DNA from: the human T2T-CHM13v2.0 reference genome, Homo sapiens
Length of the DNA stretch: 64,000 nt
NCBI RefSeq assembly: GCF_009914755.1
Contig: NC_060944.1
Strand: one strand, 5' to 3'
Each line of letters begins with the position of its first letter. Position 1 is the stretch's first letter. This document shows, in pieces, positions 59,107 to 64,000 of this stretch. The notes under the pieces are model-generated. The model did not search any database, had not been told where the DNA came from, and saw only the letters and a list, made by a program, of their open reading frames with translations. The translations under genes and the position numbers were made by a program.

Positions 59107-59174
59107 ACACTTACGTGAAAGTACTTGGTAAACTGCAAAACAGCAGTAGACAGAGTAATATAAAACATAAAATA

Positions 59175-59420
59175 TACTAATAATAACTACAAGGTACTGA
59201 GCACCTACTACGCGCCAGATATAAAAACCAGATGTCGTATATGCATTCAATTATCTTATGCTGTCCTGGTAAATCCCCACAGCAACAGCCCACATTTGGT
59301 GTTATTGTCCCCAATTTACAGATGAGAGAACAGAGGCTCAGAGAATTTAAGTTAGTAAGCGGCAAAGTCCAGGATTCAAACCCCAACCCAGTCCATGCTC
59401 TTTTCGCTACAATGCTGCTT
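59175..59420 (-). mobile_element. MIR
   Basis: CCCCAATTTACAGATGAGAGAACAGAGGCTCAGAGA..GGATTCAAACCC. Confidence 0.8.
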
Positions 59421-61627
59421 CCAGGTGTTGCTTATTGTTTTCCTCACCATTCAGAGCTAAGGCAAAAGCACTGTTTAACGCCCTTAAGGAATGAAAGATG
59501 AGATTACAGAAGTACAATTTTTGAGCAAATTGCCCCTTGCCTACATGGCTGGAAAACACATCACAGTAAAACAGTCAATGTGTATACTTCAAATCAGCCA
59601 CAGATCTGGAAAAACCTTAGATCCCACAATTTCATGGTAGCTCTGCTATATAAAGCAAAGATAAGAAAAAATAATAATATGAAATCCCGTACCAACCAGA
59701 TATGAGCTTAGATTTTTCACCAAAAATTCTCATCTGGTAGATTCCCAAATCAAAATTGGTATGGGGAAGGAAGAATGAAATGAAGTATGAAGACTTAGCT
59801 TTTCTCCACTTCTGAAAAAGTCCATTGTTGCTAAGCTGTTTTCCCAAACAGAATAAGCCTTCTTTAGTCTCGAGGCTCAATTTGGTCTACAACATTAATA
59901 AAACGATATTTACAATCTTTACAAAAATCAAGTCTTTCATTAAAAACAGGGTTTTGACCACACTAATCTTTCCATTCTTCCACTTAAAAAACATGGGTGG
60001 TTGTAATATACCCACCAATTCCCACCCTCTTAGAATGTTCTGCACTGTGGTTCAAAGCCCTTAGAATAAAAAACTGCTCCAGAAAGCAACTCAGCCAATG
60101 TTCTTTTATTCTGTTAAGAAAGAGATTTCATCAGCAGAAGCATTGAGTCCCTTGAGGCTTCAGGGATAGAGGCTTCTGAACACACATTTCTGAGGAGATA
60201 ATCATGGTGGAGGTGACTTTACTCCTCATAATGCCTCCAAAACCATCATGAGTAGTGATTGTTGCAAGAAACTAAATACTATTTCAAACGTATGTGCTCA
60301 GGGCATTTTTGCCCTTTATTAAATGACCTCTGTACATTTATGAACAGTCTAAGGATTGTCTACCTCAATACCTAAAAAAGGAAATGATGCCACCAAATAG
60401 CATCTTGACTTCTACAGATTTTACTTTCCAAACTCAAGTTCCATCATCATACTCAAACTCATGTTTATCTGATGATTGTATGGGACCAAATTCTCAACTA
60501 AGGTTCTGGGCCAAATGGCCAGGCTAATGCTTCACGATGCTCTTTCAAATGCCTTTATTTGATAGCCCTGGATTCTCAAGCCCTTCCAGATGGGTGGTTC
60601 TCAACTACGGTTTCAGATTAGAATAACCTGGGGAACTTTAAAATGTCTAGGCACTACCCCTGACCAGTTAAGTCAGTTCTCCAACCTCTCTTTATAGACT
60701 GTGGCTTGGGGTCTTCTCCCTAGCTGAGTGCCCTCCCGCAAATACACCAACTCCTCTAAGCTCTGTTCCCAGAAAGGCAACATTTCTAATGGCATTGTTC
60801 AGAATATGGTGGCCTCTCTCGAATTCTGACAACCTTGCCTTTTTAAAGGAAGGTGTTGCCAGCCACATCTCAATAAACAAGCCTGTCCCCCAGCCCTTAT
60901 ATTTGGAAATGGCCATGGTAGTGCACTCTCCCGACCCCATTCAACCCCAGCTCTTTCTCTGCCCACCGGTCTACAGAGTCTTCTTGTATAAAAATGACAT
61001 TGTCTTCCTTTGTAGTTCTAGCCAAAATCATTAGTTATCTCTTTTCTTTCTTGTTGATATCACCACGGGTGGATGCCAGGAGGAGGGTTGTCTTACCCAA
61101 TTGCTTGGAGGGGAAAAATCTGTGAAGTTTAAGGAACACCATCTAAAATCCTCCTACTTCATTCTATTTTCAAATTCTTCTTCTACTTAACCTATATCTG
61201 CTAGTTACAATTGATCTCTCCTCTCTCCTCTCTCTCTCTCTCCCTCCCTCCAATATATCAAACCACTGCTTTGTTCTAGCCTAGCTCTATAATTTCATAA
61301 ATGACAATAATTCCCCTGGCAAGTACACTGTATTAATTTCTTAAGATAATCCCATGAATTGAACACTACCATTCCCATTTTACAGATGAGAAAACTGAAC
61401 CTCAGAGGGTTTAGGATTCACAGCTACTAAGTAGTATAAATAGGATTCAAACTTTCTCCCTACCCCTTTCTTTCCCTCTCTATAGCATTCCTTTCTTCCA
61501 CTTCTTTGCCTTTTTAAGTTTTTTTCCTAGCATGCTATCAAATTAAGTTATGAAAAAAAGTGTGTTTCTGTGTGTGTGTGTTTCAATGTTATGAGGCCGA
61601 GGAGAAAAGTGAATGAATGTGTCATTT

Positions 61628-61926
61628 TTTATTTATTTATTTTAGACAAAATCTCACTCTTTGTCGCCCAGGCTGGAGCGCAGCTGCACGATCTTGGCTC
61701 ACTACAAACCCCGCCTCCCGGCTTCAAGCGATTCCTCTGCCTCGGCCTCCTGAGTATCTGGGACTGGAGGTGTGCACCACCCCACCAGGCTAATTTTTAT
61801 ATTTTTAGTAGAGATGGGGTCTCGCCATGTTGGTCAGGCTGGTCTTGAATTTCTGACCTCAAGTGATCAGCCTGCCCTGGCCTGCCAAAGTGCTGGGATT
61901 AGAGGTGTGAGCCACCGCACCAGGCC
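61628..61926 (-). mobile_element. AluS
   Basis: Reverse dimer; TSD AATGTGTCATTT. Confidence 0.93.
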
Positions 61927-62874
61927 AAATGTGTCATTTCTTTAAGGAAACATCTGGCATCTACTTTATACCAAAAACTTTACTGGGCCCGTTAACCCAT
62001 GGTATCTTTCCTCAAAATAGAATCAGTGACTTCCTTGCCTTTGTTATGTCTTCACTGCTCCTCTTTTCATGCACTTGTAACATTATTTTGTAACGTTTTA
62101 TTAACACGTTCAAGTTCCTTTTAAGCTGCAAGCTCCTTGAGAGGGTATTTCTTACTAAAGACTCAACAATTTTCTCTCCTTAGCACAAGGGAATTGCTCA
62201 GCAAATGCTTATGAATGAAATAATATGTCATTTAAACATCAGAGCTATTGTAAAATGTAAGTGGTATGACTCCCATTTTACAGATGAGAAACTGAAGTTG
62301 AGATGGAATTAAGTGAGTTATCTAAAACTGTGGAGCCAGGAAGCTCAGGGCTTTTTCCTGCTTGGCACAGTCATCTATCTAATAATGACTTCCGAAATAC
62401 CTCCAAGCTTAACTAGACAACTAGGTAATAAGTGGGAAAGCACTTTGGAAGAGATAAATCCCTAAAAACAAACAAAATGCAATCATTAGCATCATCATCA
62501 ACATTGAGGGGCTTAACTAAAGCATTTCCTTCCATTAAAAGCACTATTTTGAAACACTTAGAAAGGCATTTTCCAGTTTGTGCATCTCAGGATCCCATCT
62601 TTGCTACAGCTCTAGCTGTAAGAGTCCTTCCCATTTGGGGGATGCTTGCTGAAGGTAGTGCTTTCGGAAGTAAACCCAATCCTGCCTTGGAGACATATTG
62701 CTAAGTGGGCACTGTGGCTGGGCACTTCTGACCCTGGTTCTCTCCTCTGGCTGGATCAGCAAAAGGGTATTGCTACGGTCTTCTCTGTGATACATCTTCA
62801 GCTCCCCCAAGCAGGAGCTATGTGTGAAGATCTCTGTGGCTCTCAGGTCCAGCACAAGCACAGGTGAACAGCAA

Positions 62875-63944
<1,070 letters not shown>

Positions 63945-64000
63945 TAACCACACTGCAGTAGGGTACTCCTTTCTGTTAGCAGAGAATCTCCATACTCTCA

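Overview
This is human-type (primate) genomic DNA, not prokaryotic. The window lies almost entirely in two very large introns of a minus-strand gene. The only host coding exon I can support is 149 nt at 35150-35298 (-). It encodes the juxtamembrane segment [49 protein letters not shown], which I recognise as PTPRT (RPTP-rho). The rest is repeat-rich: many MIR, L2 and CR1 relics, hAT and Tigger MITEs, MaLR/ERVL LTRs, about 11 Alus, microsatellites and short L1 fragments. There is one full-length L1PA2-type LINE-1 (42180-48242, +). It has an intact ORF1, an intact antisense ORF0, a broken ORF2, a 16-bp TSD and an 85-bp 3' transduction. The best candidate for an undescribed system is that this L1 is antisense to PTPRT and about 7 kb upstream of the exon. 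Its ORF0 second splice donor is phase 2, the same as the PTPRT exon acceptor. This predicts an in-frame ORF0-PTPRT fusion carrying the cytoplasmic phosphatase region without ectodomain or membrane anchor. Other oddities are a possible non-AG 9-nt alternative acceptor, an 88-nt L2-derived near-perfect hairpin, a 144-bp-arm inverted duplication, a perfect 63-bp copy 2.5 kb from its donor, two twin-primed L1 fragments and a (GAA)25 tract in an Alu tail. Repeat subfamily names come from recalled consensus sequences, and boundaries of old repeats are approximate. Most entries in the ORF track are spurious.
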